Shown: positions 50,908 to 62,291, counted from the stretch's first letter. The stretch: DNA of 64,000 bases from Flavobacteriales bacterium (GCA_047975265.1 JBKEDE010000042.1:16543-80542); one strand, 5' to 3'. A program made the numbers and translations. Notes: generated by a model from the sequence alone, not told the origin.

Positions 50908-52240
50908 TTAACCATTTTTTTATAGGTTCAACCAAAGTATCAATATTGCCTGCTCCTACGGTAAGCAAAACATCAAAATTCTTTTCCTTTATCTTATGAT
51001 CGGTATTTTCTAATGTTCCGATTTCCTTTTTTTCAAGGTTAATTTTTGATAATAACCATTCCGAAGTAATTCCTTTAATAGGAGACTCCCTAGCCGGATA
51101 AATGTCCATTAAAATCAATTCGTCTGCCCGGGCAAGACTTTTGGAAAAATCTTTGGAAAAATCTCTCGTTCTACTAAATAAATGTGGTTGAAAAACTACC
51201 AATAATTTTTTATTTGGAAACATTTCTCTTACCGCATCAAAAACGGCATTCAATTCAGCTGGATGATGAGCGTAATCATCAATATAAACCACCTCTTTGT
51301 TGTAATGAACTGAAAAACGACGCTTAATTCCTTTAAAAGTTTGAACTGCCGCTCGAATTGCTTCAAAATCCAGCCCTGTTTCTAATGATGCGGCAATAGC
51401 TGCCAACGCATTTTCAATATTATGCCGACCGGGCAAATACAGTTTGAAATTTTTATATATACTTTCTTTATTTTTTACGTCAAAAATAAAAGCTCCGTTT
51501 TCTATACGGATGTTTTGTGCCATAAAATCAGCTTCTTCTTCAATAGCATACGTAATCCCTTGTATAGGCAATCCTTTTTTAGTGATTAAAATTCCTTTTT
51601 TGGGCAATTTATTTACAAAATCCTGAAAAGATTTTTTTAGTTGGTCATGCTCTCCATAAATATCCAAATGATCGGCATCCATAGAAGTAATTACAATAAT
51701 ATCAGGAGATAATTTTAAAAAAGAACGGTCAAATTCATCGGCTTCTACAACCGAATACCGATTGCCTCCTAAGATTAAATTAGAATTATAATTTTCACAA
51801 ATTCCGCCTAAAAAAGAAGTGCTTTCCATTTTATTCTCATGCAAAATATGACCCAGAAGACTGGTTGTAGAAGTTTTTCCGTGTGTTCCGGATACTGCCA
51901 AACAAGTTGTATTCTCTGTTATAAGTCCAAGTATTTCAGACCGTTTATATAATTGAAAGCCTCGTTTTTTCAATTCATTTCTTTGAATATGATCATGGGG
52001 AATAGCCGGCGTAAAAACAATGAATGAATTTTGTAAGGTTATTTCTTTCGGAATTGTCTCAACGGCATCTTTATACGTAATGGAAATTCCTTCCAATTCT
52101 AATTCTTGTGTTAAAACAGTTGAGGTTTTATCATAGCCAAAAACTTCTTTCCCGATGGATTTGAAATAACGTGCCAAAGCACTCATCCCAATTCCTCCAA
52201 TCCCAATGAAATAAACGGTATGTATATTTTCTAAATTCAT
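50897..52240 (-). CDS. murC: UDP-N-acetylmuramate--L-alanine ligase
   Basis: Mur ligase motifs (GIGGIGMSALA, GTHGKTSTT). Confidence 0.95.
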   Translation of the reverse strand: MNLENIHTVYFIGIGGIGMSALARYFKSIGKEVFGYDKTSTVLTQELELEGISITYKDAVETIPKEITLQNSFIVFTPAIPHDHIQRNELKKRGFQLYKRSEILGLITENTTCLAVSGTHGKTSTTSLLGHILHENKMESTSFLGGICENYNSNLILGGNRYSVVEADEFDRSFLKLSPDIIVITSMDADHLDIYGEHDQLKKSFQDFVNKLPKKGILITKKGLPIQGITYAIEEEADFMAQNIRIENGAFIFDVKNKESIYKNFKLYLPGRHNIENALAAIAASLETGLDFEAIRAAVQTFKGIKRRFSVHYNKEVVYIDDYAHHPAELNAVFDAVREMFPNKKLLVVFQPHLFSRTRDFSKDFSKSLARADELILMDIYPARESPIKGITSEWLLSKINLEKKEIGTLENTDHKIKEKNFDVLLTVGAGNIDTLVEPIKKWLNER

Positions 52241-52258
52241 TTATTTTAAAAAGCCATT

Positions 52259-53377
52259 TTATACATTATTTTTCTCTAAAACTTTAAAAATTTCATCCAC
52301 GATATCTTTTGTTGCACGGGGTTTTCCTAATTTCTTGATATTTTCTCCCATCTGCTTTAATTGTGCATCATCTTGCATTAATTTTAAAACAGTTGGCACT
52401 AACTTTTCATCAGCTACGTCATCTTTAATTATAACCGCAGCTTTTTCTTTTGCCAAAGCTTCGGCATTTTTGGTTTGATGATCTTCAGCCGCCCAAGGCA
52501 ACGGCATCAAAACTACCGGTTTTCCTTCCAGACACAACTCTGAAATAGCAATGGCTCCTGCACGTGATACAATTAAATCAGCTGCAACATAAGCCATTTT
52601 CATTTCGTATATAAATTCTAAAATTTTAATATTATTCGACTGAAGATTTTTATCATTACTCAGGCTTTGAAAATCATTACTTCCGGTTTGCCAAATCAAT
52701 TGAACCTCTGAATTTTTAATTTTTTCAATTTGTGCTTTCCATGCATTATTTTTATTTCGAGAACCCAAACTTCCTCCTACGGATACTATGGTTTTTTTTC
52801 CTTCTTCCAATCCGAAAAAAGCTAACGCTTCTTGTTTGGTTGGTAAATCTTGAAAGATTTTTGCACGCACGGGATTTCCGGTTATAACGACATTATTATT
52901 CTTAAAAATTTTATCCAATCCGGTATAAGCCACACAAATTAAAGCTGCTTTTTTTGCCAATTTTTTATTGGTGATACCCGGATAAGAATTTTGTTCTTGT
53001 AGAATAGTAGGAATTCCTTTTTGAGAAGCTGTGTATAAGACAGCACCTGAAGCAAATCCACCTGTTCCAATTACAGCATCGGGTTTAAATTCTTGTATAA
53101 TTTTTCGAGATTTCCATAATGAACTAACTACTTTAAAAGGAAATTTTATCAAATCCAGTGATAATTTCCGACTCAAACCTGAAATCCATAAACCTTCGAT
53201 TTCATAGCCTGCTGCCGGAACTTTTTTCATTTCCATTTTATCCTCAGCTCCTACAAAAAGAAATTGTGCGTTGGGTTCACGTTGTTTTATTTCATCTGCA
53301 ATTGCAATTGCCGGATAAATATGCCCTCCGGTTCCACCTCCGCTTATAATAAATTTATGCGATTTGACTAAATTCAT
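52259..53377 (-). CDS. murG: Undecaprenyldiphospho-muramoylpentapeptide beta-N-acetylglucosaminyltransferase
   Basis: GGGTGGHIYPA N-terminus and a GT28 C-terminal domain. Confidence 0.95.
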   Translation of the reverse strand: MNLVKSHKFIISGGGTGGHIYPAIAIADEIKQREPNAQFLFVGAEDKMEMKKVPAAGYEIEGLWISGLSRKLSLDLIKFPFKVVSSLWKSRKIIQEFKPDAVIGTGGFASGAVLYTASQKGIPTILQEQNSYPGITNKKLAKKAALICVAYTGLDKIFKNNNVVITGNPVRAKIFQDLPTKQEALAFFGLEEGKKTIVSVGGSLGSRNKNNAWKAQIEKIKNSEVQLIWQTGSNDFQSLSNDKNLQSNNIKILEFIYEMKMAYVAADLIVSRAGAIAISELCLEGKPVVLMPLPWAAEDHQTKNAEALAKEKAAVIIKDDVADEKLVPTVLKLMQDDAQLKQMGENIKKLGKPRATKDIVDEIFKVLEKNNV

Positions 53378-54515
53378 TTCGTATCATTCTTTCGTTTTGT
53401 AATTCTTCTTTAGATTTTATAGCTCGACTTACACTTAATATAACTCCAAAAGCAAAACAGGTTATCCAAATGGAAGTTCCTCCGGCACTTATCATGGGTA
53501 ATGTTTGTCCCGTAACCGGAATTAAATTTACGGCAACTGCCATATTTGAAAAAGCCTGAAACAGAATGGGTAATCCGACGGACAAAATAAGCAATGTTCC
53601 GAAAAAAGTGTGAATTTTAGTTACATTAACCAATATTCGCCATAAAATCAATATGTATATAAAGATTAATAAAATTCCACCTACAGCACTGTATTCTTCT
53701 ACAATCAGAGCATAAATAAAATCTGATGATGCCTGAGGCAACTTGTACTTAAAATGGCTTTGTCCCGGTTTGGGTAAACTAACCAGCCCTCCGTTTACAA
53801 TAGCTGATTTTGCTATATATACCTGATAATCTTCATCAATATCTTTGTCTCGATCAACAAAGCGTTCTACTCGATTCTTCCAAGTTTCAACACGGTTTGG
53901 AAAGGCTTCAGGAAAGGTATAAGCCAACGTAATAAATAACGTTGCTAATAAAATCATAGAACCCATCACCATTGCTAAATATTTAACCGGATAGCCTCCT
54001 ATAAAAAGCAATATACTGACCATTCCAAAAACCAATAAAGCGGTAGAACCGTTTGCCGGAAAAATTAATCCGACAATAATTAAAATCGGTGTTATTAAAG
54101 GTAGTAATGTTTCTTTAAATGTTACTTTTCTATCTTTTATTTTAACTAAATACCGGGCAACGTACATCATCAGAATAATTGAAGCCAATGTTGAAGTTTG
54201 AAATCCAATACCCAACCCCGGAATTTTCAACCATCGTGAAGCATTGGCTCCTTCCATTGTAGTTCCTTGAATCAGGGTCAAAAACAATAATATAATCACG
54301 ACGGGAAGAGCCAAGACTGCAATTCCTCCAAAATACTTATAATCCACATAATGCGTAAAATAAACAATAATAAATCCTATAATTAAAAATATTAAATGTT
54401 TTAACGGACTAATTTCTCCTGCCGAATATACAGGCAAAAAAGAGAAAATAGCCAAGAGCAATATAAACGCCCATAAGTATTGGTCGCCTTTTATATTAGT
54501 TAAGAATGCTTTCAT
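53355..54515 (-). CDS. ftsW: Cell division SEDS protein FtsW
   Basis: Polytopic SEDS family (SDFIYALIVEEY, PMISAGGTS), positioned in the dcw cluster. Confidence 0.9.
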   Translation of the reverse strand: MKAFLTNIKGDQYLWAFILLLAIFSFLPVYSAGEISPLKHLIFLIIGFIIVYFTHYVDYKYFGGIAVLALPVVIILLFLTLIQGTTMEGANASRWLKIPGLGIGFQTSTLASIILMMYVARYLVKIKDRKVTFKETLLPLITPILIIVGLIFPANGSTALLVFGMVSILLFIGGYPVKYLAMVMGSMILLATLFITLAYTFPEAFPNRVETWKNRVERFVDRDKDIDEDYQVYIAKSAIVNGGLVSLPKPGQSHFKYKLPQASSDFIYALIVEEYSAVGGILLIFIYILILWRILVNVTKIHTFFGTLLILSVGLPILFQAFSNMAVAVNLIPVTGQTLPMISAGGTSIWITCFAFGVILSVSRAIKSKEELQNERMIRNEFSQIA

Positions 54516-54541
54516 TTTATTTGATGGCTGACTTCATATTT

Positions 54542-55876
54542 TTATAATTTTCGCACTTGTTCTTTAAATTGATTTCCTCTATCCTCGTAATTCTGAAATA
54601 AATCAAAACTTGCACAAGCCGGCGATAGTAAAACCGTATCACCTTTTTCACCTAAAGCATACGCAAACTGTACGGCATCTCGCATACAATTTGTTTCTAA
54701 GAGATAAGACGTTAATCCGTCAAAATTTTCTATTAATTTTAAATTATCTTTTCCCAGGCAAACAATCGCTTTGACTTTTGTTTTTACCAAATCTAAAATT
54801 TCGGTATAATCATTTCCTTTATCTGTTCCTCCTACAATCCAAACAACGGGTGTTTCCATACTGTCTAAAGCATAGTATGCTGCATTTACATTTGTTGCTT
54901 TGGAATCATTTACAAAATGAATTCCATGAATTGTCAATACTTTTTCCAAACGATGTTCTACTGCTTCAAAATCGGACAGACTGTTTTTTAAAGATGCTTT
55001 TCGCACATGTAATATTTTGCTTGTAATTCCGGCAGCCATCGAATTAGAAATGTTGTGTTTTCCTTGTAATGCTAAATCTTCAATTTTCATTGTTATGATG
55101 TCGTCAATTGTATTTATTATTATTTCTTTTTCAGTTGCAAAAGCACCTTTTTGTACTTGCTCTTTTAATGAAAAAGGTATTTTTTGTGATTTTATATTTT
55201 TTGTTTCTATGGCTTTTTTTATTTCCTGATCATCTTGGAAATAAATAAAAAAATCCTCTTTCGTTTGATTCATGGTTATTCTCAATTTAGAATCAACATA
55301 ATTTTTCATATTATAGTCGTAACGATCCAAATGATCCGGAGTGATGTTTAAAAGTATTGCTATATTAGGTTTGAAATGGATGATTCCATCCAATTGAAAG
55401 CTGGATAACTCCAATACATAAAATTCAAAATCATTTTCAGCTACTTGCCACGCAAAGCTTTTCCCAATATTTCCACCCAATCCTACATCAAATCCGTCTT
55501 GTTTTAAAATATGATAAATCAATGATGTGGTGGTGGTTTTTCCGTTGCTCCCCGTAATGGCGATAATTTTAGCTTTTGTATAACGACCGGCAAATTCAAT
55601 TTCAGAGATTACGGGTATTTGTTTTGATTTTAATTCTTGAATCAATTGGATATTATCCGGTATCCCGGGACTTTTTACTACTTCATCCGCTTTAAATATC
55701 TTCTTTAATGAATGTTGTTTTTCTTCAAATGCAATCTTTTTACGAATTAAAACGGTTTTGTATTTTTCCTGTATTTCACCTTTATCCGAAAGGAATACTT
55801 CAAAACCTTTTTTTTGTGCCAAAACTGCAGACCCGACACCGCTTTCTCCTCCTCCTAAAACAACGATTTTTTTCAT
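54542..55876 (-). CDS. murD: UDP-N-acetylmuramoylalanine--D-glutamate ligase
   Basis: N-terminal GGGESG Rossmann motif and Mur ligase GSNGKTTT. Confidence 0.95.
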   Translation of the reverse strand: MKKIVVLGGGESGVGSAVLAQKKGFEVFLSDKGEIQEKYKTVLIRKKIAFEEKQHSLKKIFKADEVVKSPGIPDNIQLIQELKSKQIPVISEIEFAGRYTKAKIIAITGSNGKTTTTSLIYHILKQDGFDVGLGGNIGKSFAWQVAENDFEFYVLELSSFQLDGIIHFKPNIAILLNITPDHLDRYDYNMKNYVDSKLRITMNQTKEDFFIYFQDDQEIKKAIETKNIKSQKIPFSLKEQVQKGAFATEKEIIINTIDDIITMKIEDLALQGKHNISNSMAAGITSKILHVRKASLKNSLSDFEAVEHRLEKVLTIHGIHFVNDSKATNVNAAYYALDSMETPVVWIVGGTDKGNDYTEILDLVKTKVKAIVCLGKDNLKLIENFDGLTSYLLETNCMRDAVQFAYALGEKGDTVLLSPACASFDLFQNYEDRGNQFKEQVRKL

Positions 55877-55879
55877 CTC

Positions 55880-57118
55880 CTATCTTAGTTTTAGTGTAAT
55901 AACAGCTATGGACGCCAAAATAATACCGACAATTAAAAACCGTGTAACGATTTTACTTTCATGATAACCTTCTTTTTGAAAATGATGATGAATAGGAGCC
56001 ATTTTAAATAATCGTTTTCCTTCTCCGGATTTTTTCTTTGTGTATTTAAAATAGAATACCTGCAACATAACGGATAGATTTTCAATAAAAAAGATTCCGC
56101 ACAAAACCGGAATAAGCAATTCCTTACGTTCTGTAATTGCTAAAACCGCAATAATACCACCGATGGTCAAACTTCCTGTATCTCCCATAAAAACTTGAGC
56201 AGGAAAAGTATTGTACCATAAAAATCCGATTAAACCACCCAGAAGTGCCGCACAAAAAACTGTTAATTCTCCCAGATTAGGGATGTACATGATATTCAAA
56301 TAATCAGCAAAAATCACGTTGCCCGACAGCCATGCAAATAAAGCCAACGTTGCCACAATAATAGATGAAGAACCTGCTGCCAAACCATCAATGCCATCCG
56401 TTAAATTAGCTCCGTTGGAAACGGCTGTAATGATGAAGATTACAATCGGGATGAAAACCAACCAAGCATATTCTTTTAAATCTTTATTAATCCATGTTAA
56501 AAAAACGGCATAATCAAACTCGTTATTTTTTAAAAACGGCATATTGGTTTTTGTTGATTTTATTTCTTCTGTGAAATAATGCCTTTGAATCTGACCGTTT
56601 TCTGTAATTTCAATTTTTCTTTCATGGGAAGGTAAGTTTTCTTTAACCACCACATTTTGATTAAAATAGAGTGTTGTTCCTACAATTAATCCTAAACCGA
56701 CTTGTCCCAATACTTTGAATTTTCCTGCAAGTCCTTCTTTATCTTTTTTAAAAACTTTTATATAATCATCCAAAAAACCAATTCCTCCCATCCAAAGTGT
56801 TGAAATAATTAATAGAATTGTATATACATTTGTTAATTTAGCAAATAAAAGTACGGGGAGTAAGGTGGCTAAAATAATGATAACTCCTCCCATCGTCGGT
56901 GTACCTTCTTTTTCTTTTTGTCCTTTTAGTCCTAAATCGCGAACCAATTCACCCATTTGTTTTCGTCTTAAAAAATTGATGATTTTTTTTCCAAAAATCA
57001 GTGCTATAAACAAGGAAAACATAAAAGCCATGCCTGCACGGAAAGTTATAAATTTAAACAATCCTGCTCCGGGTATTTGGAATTGTTGCTCTAAATATTC
57101 AAATAAATGGTATAACAT
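55880..57118 (-). CDS. mraY: Phospho-N-acetylmuramoyl-pentapeptide transferase
   Basis: Conserved MraY blocks ([28 protein letters not shown]). Confidence 0.96.
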   Translation of the reverse strand: MLYHLFEYLEQQFQIPGAGLFKFITFRAGMAFMFSLFIALIFGKKIINFLRRKQMGELVRDLGLKGQKEKEGTPTMGGVIIILATLLPVLLFAKLTNVYTILLIISTLWMGGIGFLDDYIKVFKKDKEGLAGKFKVLGQVGLGLIVGTTLYFNQNVVVKENLPSHERKIEITENGQIQRHYFTEEIKSTKTNMPFLKNNEFDYAVFLTWINKDLKEYAWLVFIPIVIFIITAVSNGANLTDGIDGLAAGSSSIIVATLALFAWLSGNVIFADYLNIMYIPNLGELTVFCAALLGGLIGFLWYNTFPAQVFMGDTGSLTIGGIIAVLAITERKELLIPVLCGIFFIENLSVMLQVFYFKYTKKKSGEGKRLFKMAPIHHHFQKEGYHESKIVTRFLIVGIILASIAVITLKLR

Positions 57119-57123
57119 TTTCT

Positions 57124-58587
57124 TTATCGGTTTAGTTGTTTTAATAAATCTTTTGAAATTCGAAAATCATCAAATTCAGTTCTCACACCATTTGTTTCTT
57201 GATATGTTTCATGACCTTTCCCTGCAATTAAAATAATGTCTCCTGATGTGGCTATTTTAATAGACGTTTTAAGGGCTTCTTTTCGGTTGATGATACTGAT
57301 GGTTTTGTTAAAAAATTGAGGCTGAACTCCGGCTTCCATTTCTTTGATAATCGTTTCAGGGTTTTCAGTACGCGGGTTATCCGAGGTGAAAATCACCTGA
57401 TTGGATAACTCACAAGCAACAGCCGCCATAATGGGTCTTTTTGTCTTATCACGATTTCCTCCACAACCAACAACTGTAATCACCTGTTCATTCCCCGTCC
57501 GAATATCGTTTATGGTATTTAAAACATTTTTTAATGCATCCGGTGTGTGTGCGTAATCTACTATGGTTACAATTCCTGTTTCTGATACATTATACTGGAA
57601 ACGACCTTGGACATTTTCTAACTTTGAGATTACGGTTAAAATTTCCAATTCATTTTGTCCTAATAACTTAGCAATGCCAAAAACCACCAAAAGATTATAA
57701 GCATTAAATCTGCCTACCAGCTGAGTCCAGACTTCTTGGTCATTAATGGTCATTAGCATCCCGTCAAAACGGTTTTCCAATAATTTTCCTTTAAAATCAG
57801 CCTCCGTTTTTAAAGCATAGGTAAATTTTTTGGCAGATGAATTTTGTAACATTATTGCACCGTTTTTATCATCTGTATTAGTTAATGCAAAGGCAGATTT
57901 AGGAAGATTATCAAAAAATGTTTTCTTAGTATTCAGGTATTCTTTAAACGTTTGATGATAATCTAAATGATCATGTGTTAGATTTGTGAAAATTCCTCCT
58001 GCAAATTCCAAACCGGCTATTCGCTTCTGATGAATCCCGTGTGAACTCACTTCCATAAAAGCATAATCACAACCTGCTTCAACAGCCTGAGCCAAATATT
58101 TATTGGTAGTTATCACATCCGGTGTTGTATGGGTTGCCGATATTATTTCTTTTCCGAAACGCACTGAAATAGTTGATAACAAGGCGGTTTGATATCCTAA
58201 TTCTTGAAATAATTTATATAATAATGTTGCTGTAGTTGTTTTTCCGTTTGTTCCCGTAATTCCGATTAATTTTATTTTTTGTGAAGGATTATCATAAAAT
58301 TGAGAAGCAACGACTCCTAATGCTTCTGCACTATCATTTACGGCAATATACGTGATTCCGTTTGTTATTTTTTCAGGAATTTTTTCACATAAAACAGCAA
58401 TTGCTCCTTGTTGGATTGCTTTATCTATAAATTGGTGACCATCAACCAAAACGCCTTTTAAAGCAATAAAAAAAGTATCTAATTCCACTTTTCGGGAATC
58501 ACTTTCTAAATTGTTTACAAAAATATCTGTTGAGCCTACAACTTGTTCAACGGAAACTTTGTATAATATGTCCTTTAATTTTTTCAT
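57124..58587 (-). CDS. murE: UDP-N-acetylmuramoyl-L-alanyl-D-glutamate--2,6-diaminopimelate ligase
   Basis: GTNGKTT P-loop and a DNPR motif (SDNPRTE), which indicates meso-DAP specificity. Confidence 0.93.
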   Translation of the reverse strand: MKKLKDILYKVSVEQVVGSTDIFVNNLESDSRKVELDTFFIALKGVLVDGHQFIDKAIQQGAIAVLCEKIPEKITNGITYIAVNDSAEALGVVASQFYDNPSQKIKLIGITGTNGKTTTATLLYKLFQELGYQTALLSTISVRFGKEIISATHTTPDVITTNKYLAQAVEAGCDYAFMEVSSHGIHQKRIAGLEFAGGIFTNLTHDHLDYHQTFKEYLNTKKTFFDNLPKSAFALTNTDDKNGAIMLQNSSAKKFTYALKTEADFKGKLLENRFDGMLMTINDQEVWTQLVGRFNAYNLLVVFGIAKLLGQNELEILTVISKLENVQGRFQYNVSETGIVTIVDYAHTPDALKNVLNTINDIRTGNEQVITVVGCGGNRDKTKRPIMAAVACELSNQVIFTSDNPRTENPETIIKEMEAGVQPQFFNKTISIINRKEALKTSIKIATSGDIILIAGKGHETYQETNGVRTEFDDFRISKDLLKQLNR

Positions 58588-60557
58588 TAGTTTAAAATTA
58601 AGGTTACATTTTGTCCTTTCTTAATTTTTTCCCCTGGTTTTAAAGATTGTTCAACCACGCTCCCAACACCTTTATAATGAACTTTTAGCCCTGCATTTTC
58701 TAATAATGCAACAGCATTGCTCCCTTTTTCATGAATAAGATTAGGCATTGAGATTATTTTTTTTGTAAAATCGAGTTCTTTTTCTTTTAGTATTTCTTTT
58801 TCAATATTTACCAATTGAGGACTTTTATCTAAATTTCGTTCGGGGGCATTTACATAAACCCTACGTGTAATTTCTTTAAAAACAGGACCGGCAATCAAAC
58901 CTCCGTAATAGCCTTTGCTTTTATCAGGTTCTGTAATGGTTACAATAGCAGAATAGCGTGGATTGTCTGAAGGAAAATATCCACAAAAAGAGGCTATGTA
59001 TTGTACATTTCCGGAGGCATAACCTGTTTGACAAGTCCCTGTTTTTCCGGCAATAGCATAACCTGTTGTGTTCAAGGGTTTTCCCGTTCCGTATTCTACA
59101 ACGCCTCGCAACATAGCTTGTGCTTTTTTTATGGTTTCTTTTGAGGCTATTGAAGGATTTATTACTTCCGGTTCATATTTTTTTTCAATTTTACCTCCGG
59201 ACCGTATTTCCTTTAAAAACAAAGGTTTTATCATTTTACCATTGTTGGCTACAGCATTATAAAAAGTTAAAACTTGGATAGGCGTTAATTCTACACCATA
59301 ACCGTATGCCATCCAGGGTAGCGAAAGACCGCTCCATGTTTCCTTTTGATCAGGATGAGGAACTAAAGGCTCTCTTTCTCCTTGAATGTCCAATCCTAAT
59401 TTTTGATGTAACTTCCATTTATACAAACGATTAACAAAATCCTCAGGATGGTCTTTATAATTATCGTACACGAAATGTACCGTTCCTACGTTTGATGATT
59501 TTTCAAAAATTTTCATCATGGAGATTTCTCCATAACCACGTCCGCCATTTGAATCTCGGACTTTTGCATTATGAATCGGCATAGTCCCTGTCGGTTTTAC
59601 TGTCGCTGTATCAGCAACTCCATCATCCAAACAAGCCATTAAAGACATTAGTTTAAAAGTAGATCCGGTTTCTGTACGTTCCGCTATGGCATAATTTCTA
59701 ATATCCCGATAATTTCCTTTTCGATCTCTTGTTAAATTAACCAGTGCTTTTACTTCTCCTGTTTTAACTTCCATCACGACAACAGAACCGTGATCGGCTT
59801 TATAATATTCCAACTCTTTTAACAATCCGTTATACGCCACATCTTGAATTGCCGGATCAATGGTTGTAATAACATCAAAACCATCTTGAGGCTCAACTCT
59901 GCTTTCATCATTTAGCGGGCGTGATTTTCCTTGAACATTGATTCTCAATTCTTTTCCGTCTTTTCCTTGTAAAAATTCGGTATAAGCACCTTCCAATCCA
60001 ATTTTTCGACCGTTTTCTACACGACCAATAGTTCTACTCCACTTATTGTTAATTACTACACGTTCGTTTTTTTCAGAAACAATCAGTCCGTTTTTTGTAC
60101 TTTTCCGACCTTTAAACATCGGGAAATTTCGTAGTCGTTTAATATCACCGTAGTTTAAATCTTCAAACAACAATACGTACTGAGATTTTTTTGCTTTTTG
60201 TTTTGAAAATAACCGCAAATATTCTTGTTTGCTTTTCTTTCTGAAACTTTTTGATAAGGAATCAGCCAAAGCATCTTTATAGAAATCAACCGTATCTTTA
60301 TTTGTCCGGTCATAAAACGTTTTAAAATCAATGGCGACTTTGTATTTTGTAACGGTTGTCGCCAAAAGAGTTCCGTCGGAAGCGTATAAATTTCCTCTTT
60401 TAGCAGGAATGGTATATTCTGCAATATTGTCCTTGTAATTGTTTTTTTCATTGATTTGGATAGAAAGGAGTTTTACTCCGACTCCCACAAAAAGAATCAG
60501 TAGCAAAGCTCCTATTAAATAAGCTCGATTTAATATGGTTTTTCTGCTCTTAATCAT
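58587..60557 (-). CDS. ftsI: Penicillin-binding protein 3 (FtsI) with C-terminal PASTA domain
   Basis: TM anchor, transpeptidase motifs STFK (GSTFKL), SN, KTGT, and a C-terminal PASTA-like ~60 aa. Confidence 0.9.
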   Translation of the reverse strand: MIKSRKTILNRAYLIGALLLILFVGVGVKLLSIQINEKNNYKDNIAEYTIPAKRGNLYASDGTLLATTVTKYKVAIDFKTFYDRTNKDTVDFYKDALADSLSKSFRKKSKQEYLRLFSKQKAKKSQYVLLFEDLNYGDIKRLRNFPMFKGRKSTKNGLIVSEKNERVVINNKWSRTIGRVENGRKIGLEGAYTEFLQGKDGKELRINVQGKSRPLNDESRVEPQDGFDVITTIDPAIQDVAYNGLLKELEYYKADHGSVVVMEVKTGEVKALVNLTRDRKGNYRDIRNYAIAERTETGSTFKLMSLMACLDDGVADTATVKPTGTMPIHNAKVRDSNGGRGYGEISMMKIFEKSSNVGTVHFVYDNYKDHPEDFVNRLYKWKLHQKLGLDIQGEREPLVPHPDQKETWSGLSLPWMAYGYGVELTPIQVLTFYNAVANNGKMIKPLFLKEIRSGGKIEKKYEPEVINPSIASKETIKKAQAMLRGVVEYGTGKPLNTTGYAIAGKTGTCQTGYASGNVQYIASFCGYFPSDNPRYSAIVTITEPDKSKGYYGGLIAGPVFKEITRRVYVNAPERNLDKSPQLVNIEKEILKEKELDFTKKIISMPNLIHEKGSNAVALLENAGLKVHYKGVGSVVEQSLKPGEKIKKGQNVTLILN

Positions 60558-60874
60558 TTTTTTAAAACCAATTTAAACGGTTGGACTTCAGATACTTTCA
60601 AGCTGTCTTTTTCGGCCATTTTAATCACTTCCGATTCTGTTTTCATCCGCATTAATTGTTTGTGCAAATCGGTATATTCTGATTTTAATTCCGTAATTTC
60701 TTTGTTTAGTTGTATTCCTGTAACAACTTTTTTTTCAATCAAATGAATACTATAAATCATGATAACAGCTATTCCGGCAAGAAAAAGAACAAAATACCAA
60801 TTTTTGGAAGCTCCTTCTTCCACTAGAAACTTCCCTTTTAAAATGTCGGTAATGGATATTTTCTTTTTAGCCAT
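60554..60874 (-). CDS. FtsL-like cell division protein
   Basis: 106 aa with a single TM segment followed by a coiled coil, positioned between rsmH and ftsI. Confidence 0.6.
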   Translation of the reverse strand: MAKKKISITDILKGKFLVEEGASKNWYFVLFLAGIAVIMIYSIHLIEKKVVTGIQLNKEITELKSEYTDLHKQLMRMKTESEVIKMAEKDSLKVSEVQPFKLVLKK

Positions 60875-61772
60875 TTTTTTCTGCCACTCTTAATTTCGCA
60901 CTTCTTGCCCGATTATTTTCTTTTATTTCTTCTTTTGAAGGAAGAATAATCTTTCTGTTAATTTGTTTTAAAGGAATATCTGTCTTGCCGTATAGATCAA
61001 CTTCAGGTTGCCCTTGAAACAGTCCTGTTTTGATAAAACGCTTTACCAAACGATCTTCTAAAGAATGGTATGAAATCACCACCAATTTTCCTTTTGGCTT
61101 TAGAATCTGTATGGCTTGAACCAACATTTCCTTTAAAGCATTCATTTCATCATTTACTTCAATTCGAAGTGCTTGAAATACTTGGGCTAAGTATTTGTTT
61201 TGTTTAAACTTCGGGATTTCATCTAAAACAATTTTTTTTAAGTCATTTGTTGTCGTAATCTTTGTGTGTGTTCTAAAATTCACTATTTTTTTTGCAATTC
61301 GATATGAATCTTTTAACTCTCCATAATAATAGAATACTTTAGCCAAATCTTCTTCTGTATAGGTGTTTAAAATCATTTTGGCATTTTTTTCTGCCTTTTG
61401 ATTCATTCGCATATCCAATTCTCCTTCAAATCGGGTAGAAAAACCGCGTTCAGCTGTATCAAATTGATAAGAAGAAACGCCTAAATCTGCCAAAATACCA
61501 TCTACTTGGTTTATCCCGTACATCCGAAGAGCGTTTTTTAAAAATCGGAAATTTTGATTAACCATCGTAAAACGAACATCATCAATTTTATTTTTCAAAG
61601 CATCCTGATCTTGATCAAAAGAAAATAATCTTCCTTTTTCTTTAAGACGTACTAAAATCTCTTTGGAATGCCCTCCTCCTCCAAAGGTAACGTCTACATA
61701 AACGCCTTCTTCATCTTTTATAAGTAAATCAATACTTTCTTTTAATAAGACTGAAACATGATATTTACTCAT
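60867..61772 (-). CDS. rsmH: 16S rRNA (cytosine1402-N4)-methyltransferase
   Basis: HVSVLL..., DVTFGGGGHS, ISYHSLEDR. Confidence 0.95.
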   Translation of the reverse strand: MSKYHVSVLLKESIDLLIKDEEGVYVDVTFGGGGHSKEILVRLKEKGRLFSFDQDQDALKNKIDDVRFTMVNQNFRFLKNALRMYGINQVDGILADLGVSSYQFDTAERGFSTRFEGELDMRMNQKAEKNAKMILNTYTEEDLAKVFYYYGELKDSYRIAKKIVNFRTHTKITTTNDLKKIVLDEIPKFKQNKYLAQVFQALRIEVNDEMNALKEMLVQAIQILKPKGKLVVISYHSLEDRLVKRFIKTGLFQGQPEVDLYGKTDIPLKQINRKIILPSKEEIKENNRARSAKLRVAEKNG

Positions 61773-62223
61773 TTTCTAAACTTCCCATTACTTCCTCAGC
61801 TAAATCAGCAAAAGAATCTTCTGATTCAACCAAAGCGTGTTCATATTTTTCTTTATCCCAAATCTCAATGATGTTTACCGCAGATGAAACGACAATTTCT
61901 TTTTTTATGTCTGCAAAACAAATTAGATCTTTAGGAATCAGTAACCGCCCATTCGCATCTATTTCAATAGGTTTTACACCTGCCGTAAATTTTCGGATAA
62001 AATCATTATTCTTCTTTACAAACCGATTCAGTTTGTTGACTTTTCCCATTACTTCACTCCATTCATTTATAGGATATAATTCCAAACAAGGCTGAAAAAC
62101 AGAACGTTTCAAAACAAAACCATCTGATAATACGCTCAGCAACTGCTTTTTTAGTGCTGAAGGAATTGTCAGACGCCCTTTTGCATCTACTTTGCATTCA
62201 TATACTCCTATCAAACTGAACAT
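61765..62223 (-). CDS. mraZ: Division/cell wall cluster transcriptional regulator MraZ
   Basis: Two SpoVT/AbrB-like repeats with D.KGRL..P and DANGRLLIP. Confidence 0.93.
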   Translation of the reverse strand: MFSLIGVYECKVDAKGRLTIPSALKKQLLSVLSDGFVLKRSVFQPCLELYPINEWSEVMGKVNKLNRFVKKNNDFIRKFTAGVKPIEIDANGRLLIPKDLICFADIKKEIVVSSAVNIIEIWDKEKYEHALVESEDSFADLAEEVMGSLENE

Positions 62224-62245
62224 GTTATCAAACTAAATTCTCATC

Positions 62246-62253
62246 CAAAGTTA
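62246..62253 (-). promoter_or_regulatory. TAnnTTTG -7 box (TAACTTTG) of the dcw promoter
   Basis: Exact motif on the minus strand, 22 nt upstream of the mraZ ATG. Confidence 0.45.
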
Positions 62254-62264
62254 TGACTTTTATT

Positions 62265-62291
62265 CCACTTTTTACCACTTTTTACCACTTT
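62265..62291 (-). promoter_or_regulatory. Putative MraZ operator: three direct repeats AAAGTGG at exact 10-bp spacing
   Basis: The minus strand reads caacAAAGTGGtaaAAAGTGGtaaAAAGTGGaat, 42-68 nt upstream of the mraZ ATG. Confidence 0.6.

Noticed and set aside
55880-58587. No murF (or ddl) between murE and mraY in the dcw cluster
   Set aside because: murE and mraY are only 5 nt apart with no scar. To my knowledge murF lying outside the dcw cluster is the normal arrangement in Bacteroidota, so this is not a deletion.
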